A stretch of DNA of 64,000 nucleotides from a virus (lineage: Duplodnaviria; Caudoviricetes). The position numbers were made by a program, and so were the translations under genes. The notes under the pieces were generated by a model. That model was not told the DNA's origin. It was given only the letters and a program-made list of their open reading frames with translations, and did no database searches. Shown here in pieces: positions 38,040 to 48,351 of the stretch; positions within the stretch are counted from its first letter, which is position 1, and each line of letters begins with the position of its first letter. The stretch is taken from the IMG/VR virus record IMGVR_UViG_3300033072_000181, positions 1 to 64,000 of that record; one strand, given 5' to 3'.

Positions 38040-40523
38040 TTATTGACAAGCTAAACATTCAGTGTTATTTGATTTAACACCACTCTGGGTTCGTACATAA
38101 TATAACCCTTTGATATTTTCGTCAAGTATTGCTTCCTTATGAATTGCTGCAATTACTTCTTCTTTTTCATCAGCACTAAAGAACAGATTTAAACTCTGAC
38201 CTTGACATACGTACTTCTGACGTTGTGCAGCTAAACGCAGGATGACACTTTGGTTAATCTCGAAGGCTGTACGGAATACAAGTTTCTCTTCGTCTGTAAG
38301 CCAATCTTGATCCTGCACTGAACCATAGTTATCAGCAATGTGTTTCATCAGCTTTCTGCTGTACTTACCTCGTGCTTTCATCAGCTTTAAGAAACTAGGT
38401 GTTACCCGTTCAATTTCACCGCCAGCACCAGATTGAATAAATACGTTACCAATTACAGGTTCAATACCTTGTGAGATACCTTGCTGTATAAGTGATGTAC
38501 TCATTGTTGGAGCAATAGCGAGTAAGTGTGTATTACGGACACCTAAACCTTTACACCATTCAGGCTCACCAAAGATACTAGCTAGATATTTACTTGCTTG
38601 TACGGCAGCTTCCTTAATATCCTTGAATAACTTACTGTTAAAGAATTGAGCTTCTAGCGATTCAAAAGCAATCATATTATCTTGTAAATACGTATGAAAA
38701 CCACATGCACCTAAACCTAACGCTCTACCTTTCTTTGTGAATCGAACAATCTTTTCAAAAGCAGGAATACCGTCAGCTTTACGGATGAAATCTTCAGCAA
38801 TACAATCCAAGAATACAGTAGCATCAAATACAGCAGAAGTGTCCTTCCATTCGTTGTAACGAGCGATATTCATGCTGCTTAATACACAAGAATATGTATG
38901 CTGTTCATCTTGGAATAAGTTAATTTCGATGCACTGACCTGTTAATAAACCATTGAATACACCTTTGTTACGCTTAGGTTCATTGAAACAATAAGTATCA
39001 TCATACCTGCCTTCGTCAATAACATCTGTTACTTTTACATATTGGACATAGTTTCTATTCTGGATATGGTTGCTCAAAGCTAAACGGTGCGTCTTAAATC
39101 CAAGTGATTGCAATGTATTGATACCAGTTTGAGAAATAATAATTCTCCAAAATAACATGAGACATCCGTTATCCGCCTGACAAGTTACCTTTGAACTAAC
39201 ACCACAAGTATGTAACATCTTCTGTAGTTTCTGTAAAAATTCAAGATCAGTCATATGCAGTTCTAGACTTTGTTTTTTATTGTTGGTAGTAACATAGCCA
39301 GCAACATCAAACAAACCACTCAACCATTGCATTCTTGATTCAATAGTATATGAACTATCTGGTACAAAGAAACAGGGTCGGATCATCCATACCGCACTGG
39401 CGTGAGCATATTCTAAAACATTAGTACCTTCAATAACTGGAAAGTCACACTTGATTAATTTATCACCTTCACATAGTTCAATAGCTTGTTTTTCGATAAC
39501 CTTGCCCTTCTTTGTATCCTTAACATAAAACTTATGATAGGGTGTGCATGTTAAATCCATACCAGAATCAGTACATACTGTAATTAACTTCTGATTAACA
39601 CCAGTTTTACGGATTGTTGTTTCAGAGAATTCTTTACCATTCCATACATTAACTAGCTGATTCTCCATATCAGAAATCTTACGGTATCCTTTATCAGTTA
39701 GTACTTCTGTTTCTGGGGCTACACACAAATTTGAAGATTTAACCTCTAGATTATTATTAACATAACTAGCAGGATTTAAACGATTAACTTTATCTTTAAA
39801 AAAGAAATATCCTTTACCTGTTAGCATCTTTAGCTTTAACGCTTTCTTAAACCTACGGGTAGTCTCAACATCACCAGCTTGCGCTTTAGCTGTATCGCTA
39901 TCTTTCCATACCCAACCAATATTTAAATCGTCAGGATGATTCTTAGCATAATCAGCAATTTCATCAAAGTCAGCATGGTCAATATCAATATAACCAGCAA
40001 AAGCTCCTCTACGTTGAGAACCTTGTGATACTTTATTTGACATTGTAACAAAGTCTTGAAGCACAGGAAGAATACCACTAGATTTTCCTCCGACAGAAAT
40101 ATCAGAGCCTCTTGGTCGAATATCACCGAGATAAGCACTAGTACCAAAACCATTCTTTGATAGTACAGCAGATTCATGTAAGTTACTATAAAACTGATCT
40201 ACACTATCGCCAACATATTGACCACTACAACTAACAGACATCCCACGATCTGTACCTGTATTACTAAGCACAGGGGTACTACAGCTTAACCAACCCTTCC
40301 AGATTAAATTGAAGAACTTATCTTCCCATTCTTTCTGATCCGCTTCAGGCATGTAACTAGCTGCTGTTTTAGCGATAGTTTTAGCCCGACCAAAGAACGA
40401 CTGCTCGCCTTCAACAGCGTACTTCTGTTTAAACAGAGAATAACCATCTGTTGTGAACCATTCAGGTAGTAAGCCTTCTTCTTGTAATCGTTTACGTTCT
40501 GCTGATAAAGAATCTCTGCTCAT
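38040..40523 (-). CDS. nrdA: Ribonucleotide reductase class I alpha subunit with intein (563 aa after splicing)
   Basis: STPV, SCSG, RRGA, SNL/C.E, LAIAPT, GIEP, GLYYVR, C-terminal CLAC. Confidence 0.95.
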   Translation of the reverse strand: MSRDSLSAERKRLQEEGLLPEWFTTDGYSLFKQKYAVEGEQSFFGRAKTIAKTAASYMPEADQKEWEDKFFNLIWKGWLSCSTPVLSNTGTDRGMSVSCSGQYVGDSVDQFYSNLHESAVLSKNGFGTSAYLGDIRPRGSDISVGGKSSGILPVLQDFVTMSNKVSQGSQRRGAFAGYIDIDHADFDEIADYAKNHPDDLNIGWVWKDSDTAKAQAGDVETTRRFKKALKLKMLTGKGYFFFKDKVNRLNPASYVNNNLEVKSSNLCVAPETEVLTDKGYRKISDMENQLVNVWNGKEFSETTIRKTGVNQKLITVCTDSGMDLTCTPYHKFYVKDTKKGKVIEKQAIELCEGDKLIKCDFPVIEGTNVLEYAHASAVWMIRPCFFVPDSSYTIESRMQWLSGLFDVAGYVTTNNKKQSLELHMTDLEFLQKLQKMLHTCGVSSKVTCQADNGCLMLFWRIIISQTGINTLQSLGFKTHRLALSNHIQNRNYVQYVKVTDVIDEGRYDDTYCFNEPKRNKGVFNGLLTGQCIEINLFQDEQHTYSCVLSSMNIARYNEWKDTSAVFDATVFLDCIAEDFIRKADGIPAFEKIVRFTKKGRALGLGACGFHTYLQDNMIAFESLEAQFFNSKLFKDIKEAAVQASKYLASIFGEPEWCKGLGVRNTHLLAIAPTMSTSLIQQGISQGIEPVIGNVFIQSGAGGEIERVTPSFLKLMKARGKYSRKLMKHIADNYGSVQDQDWLTDEEKLVFRTAFEINQSVILRLAAQRQKYVCQGQSLNLFFSADEKEEVIAAIHKEAILDENIKGLYYVRTQSGVKSNNTECLACQ
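38934..39725 (-). mobile_element. Intein, 264 aa, ending in Gln, degenerate LAGLIDADG domain
   Basis: Block A CVAPETEVLT after SSNL, block B LTCTPYH, end GVFNGLLTGQ followed by C-I-E; WLSGLFDVAG remnant. Confidence 0.92.
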
Positions 40524-40545
40524 ATAATTCCTTTCGTATATTTAC

Positions 40546-41538
40546 TTACCAATTAAAGTTTTCTTCAACCCAATTTCTATGATATTGGTTACCTAAACCA
40601 GAAAAGAAATCATGGATTCTAGCTTGAGATGTACCTAGATAAAACCAATCAGCAATAGGGTTGTTTGTTACATTATAAACTGTAGTTAATCCTAGTTGTT
40701 CTAAGCATACATCAATTCGGCTATCAACAAATACTTTTAACTGATGTGATGTAATACCTTCAATCTTACCTTCTTCAAAAATCATATCTACAATCTTATG
40801 TTCGTGTTGTCGTACCTTTTCACAAGCAGCATAAATTGTATCATATAATGCTAGTTGTTCTTCAGTATTTAGCTTCAATTCAGAAAGTAATGTACGGAAT
40901 AACCAAGCACCAGCTTGAGAATGATACGATTCATCACGTTCAGAGAAGGCTACACCTGCTACTAAATTCTTCATCTTATTCTTACCGTTAGCTTGGAAAT
41001 GTTTAAGATAACCAAAGCTACTATACAGCACAGCACCTTCAATAACACTAAAGATAGCAATTTGTTGTAGTAAGTTAGATTCATCAGTAGCTAATGCGTT
41101 AAGGAATTCTACACGTTCTTTCAGTACAGGAACATCAACATAACTATCATAGAATTCTTTTGTATTTAAGTGTAAGAACTCATTAATCTTATTGTAGAAG
41201 CTAGCATGTACGTTACTCTCAAAGAAAGCAAAACAACTAGCCATACGTTGAAATTCCGGGCGTTTAAAGTTCTTTGCTACAATACCTTGCCAATAATCTT
41301 CACCAACATATAATTCATACTTAGTAAATAGCTTTAGTACAGTAAGAACACCGTGCCGTTCAGCAGGAGTTAAATCAACAAGAATACTTTGTACATCCTT
41401 TTCCATGTTGATTTCATCGGCTAACCAAAAGATAGCATTCTGTTTATCAGCAAATTCAGATGCTACTGGATATTCAAAAATATAAGCTGATTCTTCTTGT
41501 AAGCATTTAGGTAAGTCTCTTCCGTAAATATTATTCAT
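40546..41538 (-). CDS. nrdB: Ribonucleotide reductase beta subunit
   Basis: FW..EI, E..H..FY, EG..LYSSF, RDE..H, DFF motifs. Confidence 0.93.
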   Translation of the reverse strand: MNNIYGRDLPKCLQEESAYIFEYPVASEFADKQNAIFWLADEINMEKDVQSILVDLTPAERHGVLTVLKLFTKYELYVGEDYWQGIVAKNFKRPEFQRMASCFAFFESNVHASFYNKINEFLHLNTKEFYDSYVDVPVLKERVEFLNALATDESNLLQQIAIFSVIEGAVLYSSFGYLKHFQANGKNKMKNLVAGVAFSERDESYHSQAGAWLFRTLLSELKLNTEEQLALYDTIYAACEKVRQHEHKIVDMIFEEGKIEGITSHQLKVFVDSRIDVCLEQLGLTTVYNVTNNPIADWFYLGTSQARIHDFFSGLGNQYHRNWVEENFNW

Positions 41539-41911
41539 CTGTGCCTCCCTCAGTAGTAATACCTACAGGTGTTGTATCATTCCTGTATTCACGTACAGCA
41601 CTATCACGAATAGCACCAAGCATTTTACTTCCACTGGCTGCAATCTTAGCTTCACGACTAGCATAACCAGAGTTAATCCATTCCTTATCTAAGCGTTCAA
41701 AACCAGCAAACCTACGGCAAGTTACTACTTGATTTAAACGGTTACGATGCTGAGTTACTTCTTGGAAATCAATATCAGATGTAATATCTACACCTAGATC
41801 ATACAAATGTTTAAATAGTTCATCTTTATTAGTTTCAATCCAGTTAGTATTATAGTTAGGTGCAACTAACGCTAGTTCTGATTCAGATACAAACAATACA
41901 GCAATACTCAT
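41531..41911 (-). CDS. Conserved hypothetical phage protein
   Basis: ORF track; HRNRLN.V..C.RF.G.ER.D..W pattern; GGAG SD. Confidence 0.7.
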   Translation of the reverse strand: MSIAVLFVSESELALVAPNYNTNWIETNKDELFKHLYDLGVDITSDIDFQEVTQHRNRLNQVVTCRRFAGFERLDKEWINSGYASREAKIAASGSKMLGAIRDSAVREYRNDTTPVGITTEGGTDE

Positions 41912-41976
41912 GTGTTTTCTCCTTATTAACAGGGTCGAGTATTATACACTACAACCCTTAATTTTAAAAGTAATAT

Positions 41977-42651
41977 TTACTTGTCCCACACTTCTTCTAG
42001 GAACGGAAAATATTTAAGAATCTCAACCTTAGATTTTTGAGCAAGGTCGATGTGTTCCAATTGCGTTCCATTACCATCCCGCAGTTCACAATAATGTAGC
42101 CAAGATCGCACTGTACCATTAACATATAACTTAGACATTGTATTACCTTCAGGTAAAACCACACGCGCTACTTCTTTAGCAATACCTTTTTCTAAAGCCC
42201 AATTATAATTTTCTTGTACAACACTAAGTACATGTTTTTGTCGATCAATCCATTCTTCTTGTAGTTTAGCGTCATCTTTATTTTCTAAGTTCAATAGAAT
42301 ACTATTCTGACGGTTTTTATTATCCTGCATACGTGCGTCCCGATAACAAAAGTTTTGTGCTTCAGCATACCGTTGACTAAATTCTTGAAATGTAAAACTG
42401 CGGTGACGTAATAACTGTCGTGCAATATCACGTGGAGCATTTACTTCCATAACTAAATTAGTTGTTTCAAATACAGAGAAATGTTTATGCTTTACGCAAT
42501 ACTTTAATAGTTTAGCTGCTGTATCAAAACTGTTTTGATTCTGCGGCGAACTAACACGTGCTGCATATGCAATAATTCCTTCAGCATCTGGGATGTAATC
42601 GACAACTGGTTGTGTTACAGCGATTACTTTAGCATCAATAAATTTGAACAT
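41977..42651 (-). CDS. thyX: Flavin-dependent thymidylate synthase
   Basis: ThyX signature RHRSFTFQEFSQRY; ARVSSP, KEVARVVLP. Confidence 0.95.
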   Translation of the reverse strand: MFKFIDAKVIAVTQPVVDYIPDAEGIIAYAARVSSPQNQNSFDTAAKLLKYCVKHKHFSVFETTNLVMEVNAPRDIARQLLRHRSFTFQEFSQRYAEAQNFCYRDARMQDNKNRQNSILLNLENKDDAKLQEEWIDRQKHVLSVVQENYNWALEKGIAKEVARVVLPEGNTMSKLYVNGTVRSWLHYCELRDGNGTQLEHIDLAQKSKVEILKYFPFLEEVWDK

Positions 42652-42652
42652 A

Positions 42653-43261
42653 TTACTCCTTAATTAAATAGTTAGTATTATACTTAGCACCCTCATTATT
42701 TGCTTTTTCAATCATATCTTTCTGAAACAACAAAGCAATTCGTAATGAATCTGATCCTAATCTTTTGGTTGAAAATGCCTTTTTCCTTCGTTTTCCTGTA
42801 CTATCGACCCATTGAACTACTACTAAAACAGTCCCATCTTTGTTTGTTTGATAATGAATTCCATTATAACCTGACGAATTTGTTGGAAGTAGTTCAATAT
42901 TAAGATGTTTCTTTTGCCTACGACAGTTTTCTATATTTGAACAAACTTCTAAATTGGAAATTTTATTATTTAAACTATCACAATCTATATGATTTAAAGT
43001 TAAATCTGGAGAAAGATACCCAAACTTTAAAACCCATATAATTCTATGCACTGAGTATGTTTTATTATTGAATCTTACTCTCCAATAGTTTTTAGAAGAG
43101 TTTCCACCTACAATACTACCAGCATCTGCATTGGCAATAACACCGGCAGTTCCTTTATAACCGTTACTATTTTTATATTTTAGACAACTTCTAGATAATT
43201 CATCATAATAAAAATATTTACTCCAATCCACATTATAATCTAAATTAGTTATCACTTTCAT
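42653..43261 (-). CDS. Free-standing HNH endonuclease with AP2-like C-terminus
   Basis: HRIIW...NHIDCDSLNNKISNLE...N; SGYNGI..VVQW..K.FS. Confidence 0.85.
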   Translation of the reverse strand: MKVITNLDYNVDWSKYFYYDELSRSCLKYKNSNGYKGTAGVIANADAGSIVGGNSSKNYWRVRFNNKTYSVHRIIWVLKFGYLSPDLTLNHIDCDSLNNKISNLEVCSNIENCRRQKKHLNIELLPTNSSGYNGIHYQTNKDGTVLVVVQWVDSTGKRRKKAFSTKRLGSDSLRIALLFQKDMIEKANNEGAKYNTNYLIKE

Positions 43262-43766
43262 CCTCTTCTATCATTTCTAGTTTGCGTTCTAACGTAAGAA
43301 TAACCTCAGAAATATCTTGTTGTAAATCCTTGATGCTATTACCCGCACGCAATAACTTCTTAATAGCATGTTGCATAGCAGGACAAGTTACATTATACAC
43401 ACTTAGAATACGATATGGGTCGAGTTTAATACCTTTATAACTGTAGCGGTAATGCTTTCCTAAATCGTTAGGTTTTACTGCTGGATTTACGGCTGTGTTA
43501 GCTGTAGGATATAACACATTATGTGGAATATTAAGCTGGAATGGTTTAATGTCTCCTACAAAAGCTGGTTTAACGCGTTCTCTACGGACACTAAGTATTT
43601 CTTGTTCTTCATTTTCATTATAATCTAATGCAACAACTTTAATTAAATCTGGATCATTATTTAATTGTTCTTCTACTTTGCATAGCTTTGGAATTTCTCC
43701 TAATGCAAAACTAACAAACACTAAATCACCTTTTTGATAATGCGTACCAAAATTATTTGTAATCAT
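43245..43766 (-). CDS. Hypothetical protein (DUF3310-like C-terminal domain)
   Basis: KHY...LDPYRI...QHAIKKLLRAG...KDL.QDI motif. Confidence 0.65.
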   Translation of the reverse strand: MITNNFGTHYQKGDLVFVSFALGEIPKLCKVEEQLNNDPDLIKVVALDYNENEEQEILSVRRERVKPAFVGDIKPFQLNIPHNVLYPTANTAVNPAVKPNDLGKHYRYSYKGIKLDPYRILSVYNVTCPAMQHAIKKLLRAGNSIKDLQQDISEVILTLERKLEMIEEDESDN

Positions 43767-43829
43767 AAGTTCTCCTAAGAATAAAACCCTACCGGATTAA
43801 CCAGTAGAGTTTCCTTTATTTAACAGTAT

Positions 43830-44462
43830 TTAACAGCAGTATTTAACAGCAGTATTACTTGCAGTATTACGTTCAGCTTCACTAAGCGTTTCAGCAGGGC
43901 AGTATTCACTCAGATCATTATCTACGTAATTAGCTGGCTTTAGAATCTTCCCTGTACTTTCATTACGGAATACTTGCCGGTTATCTTGCACATTACGTAC
44001 TACACTAATACCTTTTTCTGCGTATTTACTGGCAGTATTAAGCAGTAATGTTTCATCCTCTTCGTAATTACTAACATACGGATATTTACTAAGATTATTC
44101 TGTGCAGTATCTCGCATAGCTGTTGATACATTAAAACCTAATGCTTCTAGCTTTTGTAGTAAGCCAGATAGAACAACAGCAATATCTACCGCTGCATCTA
44201 GAACTTCTACAGCAGAATCGTTAGCTAATCCGTCGATTAATTCATAAGTTTCTTCTACGATTAAATCAGCTTGTAGCTTAAAATCTGCCAGTTGTAGTTT
44301 CTTATCGTTACCTGCAATCTCGTTAAATTCGCAAGAATCTTCATATAGTTCGTTTAGCCAGTAACGAGATACGTACTGCGGTTTAACAGTGGTTACTTTA
44401 TCAGATTCAACGAATAAACCGTAAGACTTGTCATAGTTATAATCAGTATTCAGTGGATTCAT
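43830..44462 (-). CDS. MazG-like nucleoside triphosphate pyrophosphohydrolase
   Basis: EETYEL...EVLDAAVDI; N.SK; GKILKP.NY. Confidence 0.8.
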   Translation of the reverse strand: MNPLNTDYNYDKSYGLFVESDKVTTVKPQYVSRYWLNELYEDSCEFNEIAGNDKKLQLADFKLQADLIVEETYELIDGLANDSAVEVLDAAVDIAVVLSGLLQKLEALGFNVSTAMRDTAQNNLSKYPYVSNYEEDETLLLNTASKYAEKGISVVRNVQDNRQVFRNESTGKILKPANYVDNDLSEYCPAETLSEAERNTASNTAVKYCC

Positions 44463-44471
44463 ATATTCTCC

Positions 44472-45401
44472 TTATGTAGAAAGTAAAGATTTACGTTTAT
44501 CTTTTGATAACTTATTTGTACGGTTACGTAATCGAGCAGAACAGTCCTCACAAATGTATTCATCAAAAGCAGATAGGTTAGTATATACTGAATTCTCTGT
44601 TTTTACAAGATTAGTTCCACCACAAACATTACAATGTAGTTTATCATCGTTGTAATATACGGATAAGTTAGGATGCTTTGTATCATAAGCTCTAATCTCA
44701 AAATAAAGCTGTTCTAATAGTAGCACATCTTGAGCATTATATTCAAGCATTTTATCAACAGCTTCCATATCACCGTTCATACAACGTAACCATAAATCAA
44801 TACCACTGTGATCCAACTTACGACCTATCTCTAACTGGCTACATAGACTATCTAACTTATTACTATTGAATCGTAATTGTCGAGCAATCTTTAGTGTATC
44901 AATAGTCCGTACTTTCTTCATAGCTGGATAGCCATTAACTAACATACGAGCCTTTAGTAACGGAATATCAAAGTTATCAGCATTATGAGCAATTACCAAA
45001 TCACTCTGTTCAATTAACTTATATACTTCTGCTACTAAATAATAATCTGAATTAGCATAATAATCAGACGGTTTGCTCTTCATTCGGATTACATCAGATT
45101 CGCCTAGCCACTTAGCACAACCAGTCAGCAACCAACCACCTTCATTAATCACAGCATCTTGGCTGATATTCTGCTTGAACCTACCGAACGCTGCAACAAT
45201 AGATGGTGCTGACTCTAAATCGAGCAGAAGAATCTTAGGTTTAGTTAGTTCTGGTGCTGTAGTACATTGTGAGTGGTTTCGAGCTAAAAAGTAATTAATA
45301 CCACTCTTTGATAAACCTGTAGCTTTAGAAATCTTACGGCTTGATCTACCTTCAGAATGTAATCGTAAAATATCTTGCTGTTGTTCTAATGTATATTTCA
45401 A
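44472..45401 (-). CDS. DEDD 3'-5' exonuclease (RNase_H_2/YprB-like) with N-terminal HTH and C-terminal Zn ribbon
   Basis: LLDLES, AHNADNFD, IDTL, YNAQDV; CNVCG...CEDC. Confidence 0.8.
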   Translation of the reverse strand: MKYTLEQQQDILRLHSEGRSSRKISKATGLSKSGINYFLARNHSQCTTAPELTKPKILLLDLESAPSIVAAFGRFKQNISQDAVINEGGWLLTGCAKWLGESDVIRMKSKPSDYYANSDYYLVAEVYKLIEQSDLVIAHNADNFDIPLLKARMLVNGYPAMKKVRTIDTLKIARQLRFNSNKLDSLCSQLEIGRKLDHSGIDLWLRCMNGDMEAVDKMLEYNAQDVLLLEQLYFEIRAYDTKHPNLSVYYNDDKLHCNVCGGTNLVKTENSVYTNLSAFDEYICEDCSARLRNRTNKLSKDKRKSLLST

Positions 45402-45402
45402 G

Positions 45403-45630
45403 TTAGTCTCCTAGTTGTTCTTTTACAATATTACATTCAGCAACTGTAAATGTGACCTTATGGATAACATAATCAACACCTTCTTTTCGATAACTACGCT
45501 CATGCGCTTGTTTAGCTTTAGCATAACTTGAGTAAAGTTGCGGCATGGAACTACTACGTGCTACCGTGAAACAGTCATTAAAATGTCGTACTACATAACC
45601 AATTACTTGAATATCTTTTGAATTAATCAT
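45403..45630 (-). CDS. Hypothetical protein (start ATG 45630)
   Basis: Track ORF 45403..45681; its upstream part overlaps the 44-aa ORF. Confidence 0.55.
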   Translation of the reverse strand: MINSKDIQVIGYVVRHFNDCFTVARSSSMPQLYSSYAKAKQAHERSYRKEGVDYVIHKVTFTVAECNIVKEQLGD

Positions 45631-45631
45631 A

Positions 45632-45766
45632 TCAATTACCCTTCTTAGCTTTATTACTCTTACCGACCTGCCACCAAGCATTCTTCTTAGTTAGATTCTT
45701 ACGTGCAGAAACATTGAACGGTTGATTAGCAGGATTACCCTTGTGATTCTTATAAATAGCTTTCAT
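45632..45766 (-). CDS. 44-aa basic peptide (not in track)
   Basis: MKAIYKNHKGNPANQPFNVSARKNLTKKNAWWQVGKSNKAKKGN; AAGGAG SD. Confidence 0.6.
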   Translation of the reverse strand: MKAIYKNHKGNPANQPFNVSARKNLTKKNAWWQVGKSNKAKKGN

Positions 45767-45785
45767 AATTTCTCCTTTAGTGATA

Positions 45786-46058
45786 TTAAAACTTCTCTAG
45801 TACAACTACATCTTTATCCTTTTTATTAAGCATGAAAGGATATAGCAGATTATTATTACTCTTTAATACACCTAATAGCTTACGGTTGGTACTATAATTA
45901 GGATTCTGTAGTAAAGCATAAGTTGTATTCTTTACTGCACCATGACTACCTTGCACTAACCAAGCATTACCCTTCCAGTTATTAACGATTGCTTCTAGCA
46001 CTTTATCTTGCTCTTGCAGATTAGCTGTCAGTAACAGATTCTTTAGTTCAGGTTTCAT
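45786..46058 (-). CDS. Hypothetical protein
   Basis: ORF track; AAGGAG SD. Confidence 0.65.
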   Translation of the reverse strand: MKPELKNLLLTANLQEQDKVLEAIVNNWKGNAWLVQGSHGAVKNTTYALLQNPNYSTNRKLLGVLKSNNNLLYPFMLNKKDKDVVVLEKF

Positions 46059-46073
46059 AGTATTCTCCTTAGT

Positions 46074-46328
46074 TTATAGTTTAGTAATTTCAACAATAAG
46101 TTTAGCTACAGAAATACATACGTCTTGATAAACTACTTGATTTAGGTAGAAATCACTATCTAAATGTCGTTCTAGGGTTTTGTAGAATTCCTTCTTAGCG
46201 AGACGTCCGGAATAATCAGACACGCATGTAATTTCACTAGCAATACGATCTAACCAAAATTTACCAGAATTGGTACCAGCTTCTCGTTTTACTCGGTTGA
46301 TTAGCTTTAGCAGTTTCTTAGTTTTCAT
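46074..46328 (-). CDS. Hypothetical protein
   Basis: ORF track; AGGAG SD. Confidence 0.6.
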   Translation of the reverse strand: MKTKKLLKLINRVKREAGTNSGKFWLDRIASEITCVSDYSGRLAKKEFYKTLERHLDSDFYLNQVVYQDVCISVAKLIVEITKL

Positions 46329-46887
46329 TTACGCTCCTTTCAATTAAATCATACACATAATCTCTACTGTACTTTCGTGAAGCTAATAATTTCTTGAATA
46401 AGGCTTTTCGTTTTGCTGCTGGTTTAGCTCCCGGTTTATCCCCCTGCTTATCTGCTGGTTTCAAACTGCTAACTACATCTGTATTATTACATGAATCTTG
46501 TGTCATTGCAAGAAGAACTTTATCTTTTTGTGATTCTTTTAGCTTGTTAAATTCAGTTTGTGCTTTAGCTAACCATTTAGGATGCCGGTATCTGGTATCT
46601 ACTGGACGTTCTAAATAAGTAGCTATCATACGTAACAATTCGCTTACTGTCAAGTCTGACCACCATGCAATATGCCGCTTAAAATTATTTTCAACGTGTC
46701 CGATATAGGAATTTATTGAGGAGTCTATTACGCCCCGTACAAACTGTTCATCATTGTGTGCATGATCTAGACAAGGCTTAGTTAATGGTAGTTGAGTTAC
46801 TAAATCTAACCCTTGTTGTTCCTTGATTAGTAACTCACGTACTTTCTTAGTATCAGTAGCTGTGTATAGATCAGTAGTGTTAGTCAT
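46318..46887 (-). CDS. Recombination endonuclease VII-like protein
   Basis: LDHAH....VRGVI...IN..IG.VE motif. Confidence 0.75.
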   Translation of the reverse strand: MTNTTDLYTATDTKKVRELLIKEQQGLDLVTQLPLTKPCLDHAHNDEQFVRGVIDSSINSYIGHVENNFKRHIAWWSDLTVSELLRMIATYLERPVDTRYRHPKWLAKAQTEFNKLKESQKDKVLLAMTQDSCNNTDVVSSLKPADKQGDKPGAKPAAKRKALFKKLLASRKYSRDYVYDLIERSVNEN

Positions 46888-47099
46888 AAAGCTACCCCAT
46901 GCTTCTTTGTCATAGAAATTAATGCATGATTATCCCAACAGAAACAATAATCATAACCTGCATATCTGTAAGTTTCTGATTGTATTCCACCACAAAATTG
47001 ACCATTGTCTGTATTAATTAATTCTCCAGATTGCAGACAGTCAGCTAACATATATCGGATATAAGCCGAATCAGTATCAATGCCATAATATTCAATCAT
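46884..47099 (-). CDS. Hypothetical protein
   Basis: ORF track; overlapping stop/start coupling. Confidence 0.55.
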   Translation of the reverse strand: MIEYYGIDTDSAYIRYMLADCLQSGELINTDNGQFCGGIQSETYRYAGYDYCFCWDNHALISMTKKHGVAL

Positions 47100-48070
47100 A
47101 AATCTACTCCATACTTACCAAAGAATTCAATACTGCACGATTTATCATCCTTTGTACGTTTCATATAAGCAGTCTTAAAATATAAATCTAGCATACCTTT
47201 CCAATCTTTAGTTACAACTGTTGAATTCCAAGCTGTGTAAGTAATCGGTTCTGGATACCATTCTTTATATTTCTGTACTACTACCTTAAGATAATCTTCT
47301 GCTGTTTTACAGTCCGCCACATCTTTAGCAAAGGACATTACACCGTACTTAGCACCGCATAATTCTGTAGGTTTATAATGATCGGATGTATCACCACAGC
47401 ATAATTGATAAGCTAGAAATCCTACACCACTACCATAAGGTTTATTAACTTTATTTTTCTTTTCAGTTTTAAACCAGTGATCTGTATTCTCTGTGTATTT
47501 ATCAGTTGAGAAATCAAATAAAGTTAAACCGTCAGCTTGTAAGCTATCTTTATCCATAGATACAACTACAACTTCATGCCCTGCTTTCTGTAGCTCATAT
47601 CCTTTATAAATAACAGCATCATCAGATTCTTCACCTAGCGTTACTTCAGCATTAAACTTATTGATTACATATTCTTTAGCTTGCTTCCGATAAACAGGTG
47701 TAAGCATATCTTCTCTATGGCCTTTATACTTACTTGGTAACAGTAAGCAATCTCTAAAGTTAAACTCACCACCTACCACATACACACAAACATCAGCGGC
47801 AGTTTTATCTTTAATCTTTTTCATCTGACTATTAACTGTATGTAAGCAATTCTCGATTGGTTCTGGTGTTTGTACATCTTCAAATGTATATTCATGCTCT
47901 TTATCAGACTTTAGTTTTAACTTCAGCATATCACGAAATTCAGTTCTTGTTTTAAACTCTTTCTGAATACCAGTAGGATTATGTGTAACTAAAACTGTTC
48001 GTTTTTCAGATGCTGCTGCACTTCTATAAATAACACCGTCTGTATCAATAACAGCAATTCGCATAAGCAC
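47096..48070 (-). CDS. 5'-3' exonuclease (T7 gp6-like)
   Basis: IDTDG..Y, YKGHR, EESDD, SMDKD, GDTSDHY. Confidence 0.85.
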   Translation of the reverse strand: MLMRIAVIDTDGVIYRSAAASEKRTVLVTHNPTGIQKEFKTRTEFRDMLKLKLKSDKEHEYTFEDVQTPEPIENCLHTVNSQMKKIKDKTAADVCVYVVGGEFNFRDCLLLPSKYKGHREDMLTPVYRKQAKEYVINKFNAEVTLGEESDDAVIYKGYELQKAGHEVVVVSMDKDSLQADGLTLFDFSTDKYTENTDHWFKTEKKNKVNKPYGSGVGFLAYQLCCGDTSDHYKPTELCGAKYGVMSFAKDVADCKTAEDYLKVVVQKYKEWYPEPITYTAWNSTVVTKDWKGMLDLYFKTAYMKRTKDDKSCSIEFFGKYGVDL

Positions 48071-48082
48071 TCCTTAAAATAA

Positions 48083-48118
48083 AATAACCAACCTCCGCAT
48101 AAACGAAAGCTGGTTATT
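48083..48118 (-). terminator. Probable terminator
   Basis: AATAACCA...TGGTTATT stem followed on minus by TTATTTT. Confidence 0.55.
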
Positions 48119-48131
48119 CTTCATTATTTAA

Positions 48132-48350
48132 TTAATGTAGTTGTTTAATAAGAGCAACTAACTCTTCTGCTGCTTCCTGTACTTGACCTAGCTTATCAGC
48201 AGCTTTAGCCTTAGCTACCTTATTGATTAGCGCAGAATCTAAACCAGCATCTTTAGCATCCTTTAGAATTTCCTTGGAATCTTCGGAAAGAGTAATGATT
48301 TCTTCATAAATAGGTACTAACTTATTGATAACTTCTTGAGCATTTTGCAT
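48132..48350 (-). CDS. GapR/T4 DsbA-like dsDNA-binding protein
   Basis: EI..LSEDSKEILKDAKDAGLD...I.KV.K pattern, 72 aa. Confidence 0.65.
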   Translation of the reverse strand: MQNAQEVINKLVPIYEEIITLSEDSKEILKDAKDAGLDSALINKVAKAKAADKLGQVQEAAEELVALIKQLH

Positions 48351-48351
48351 A

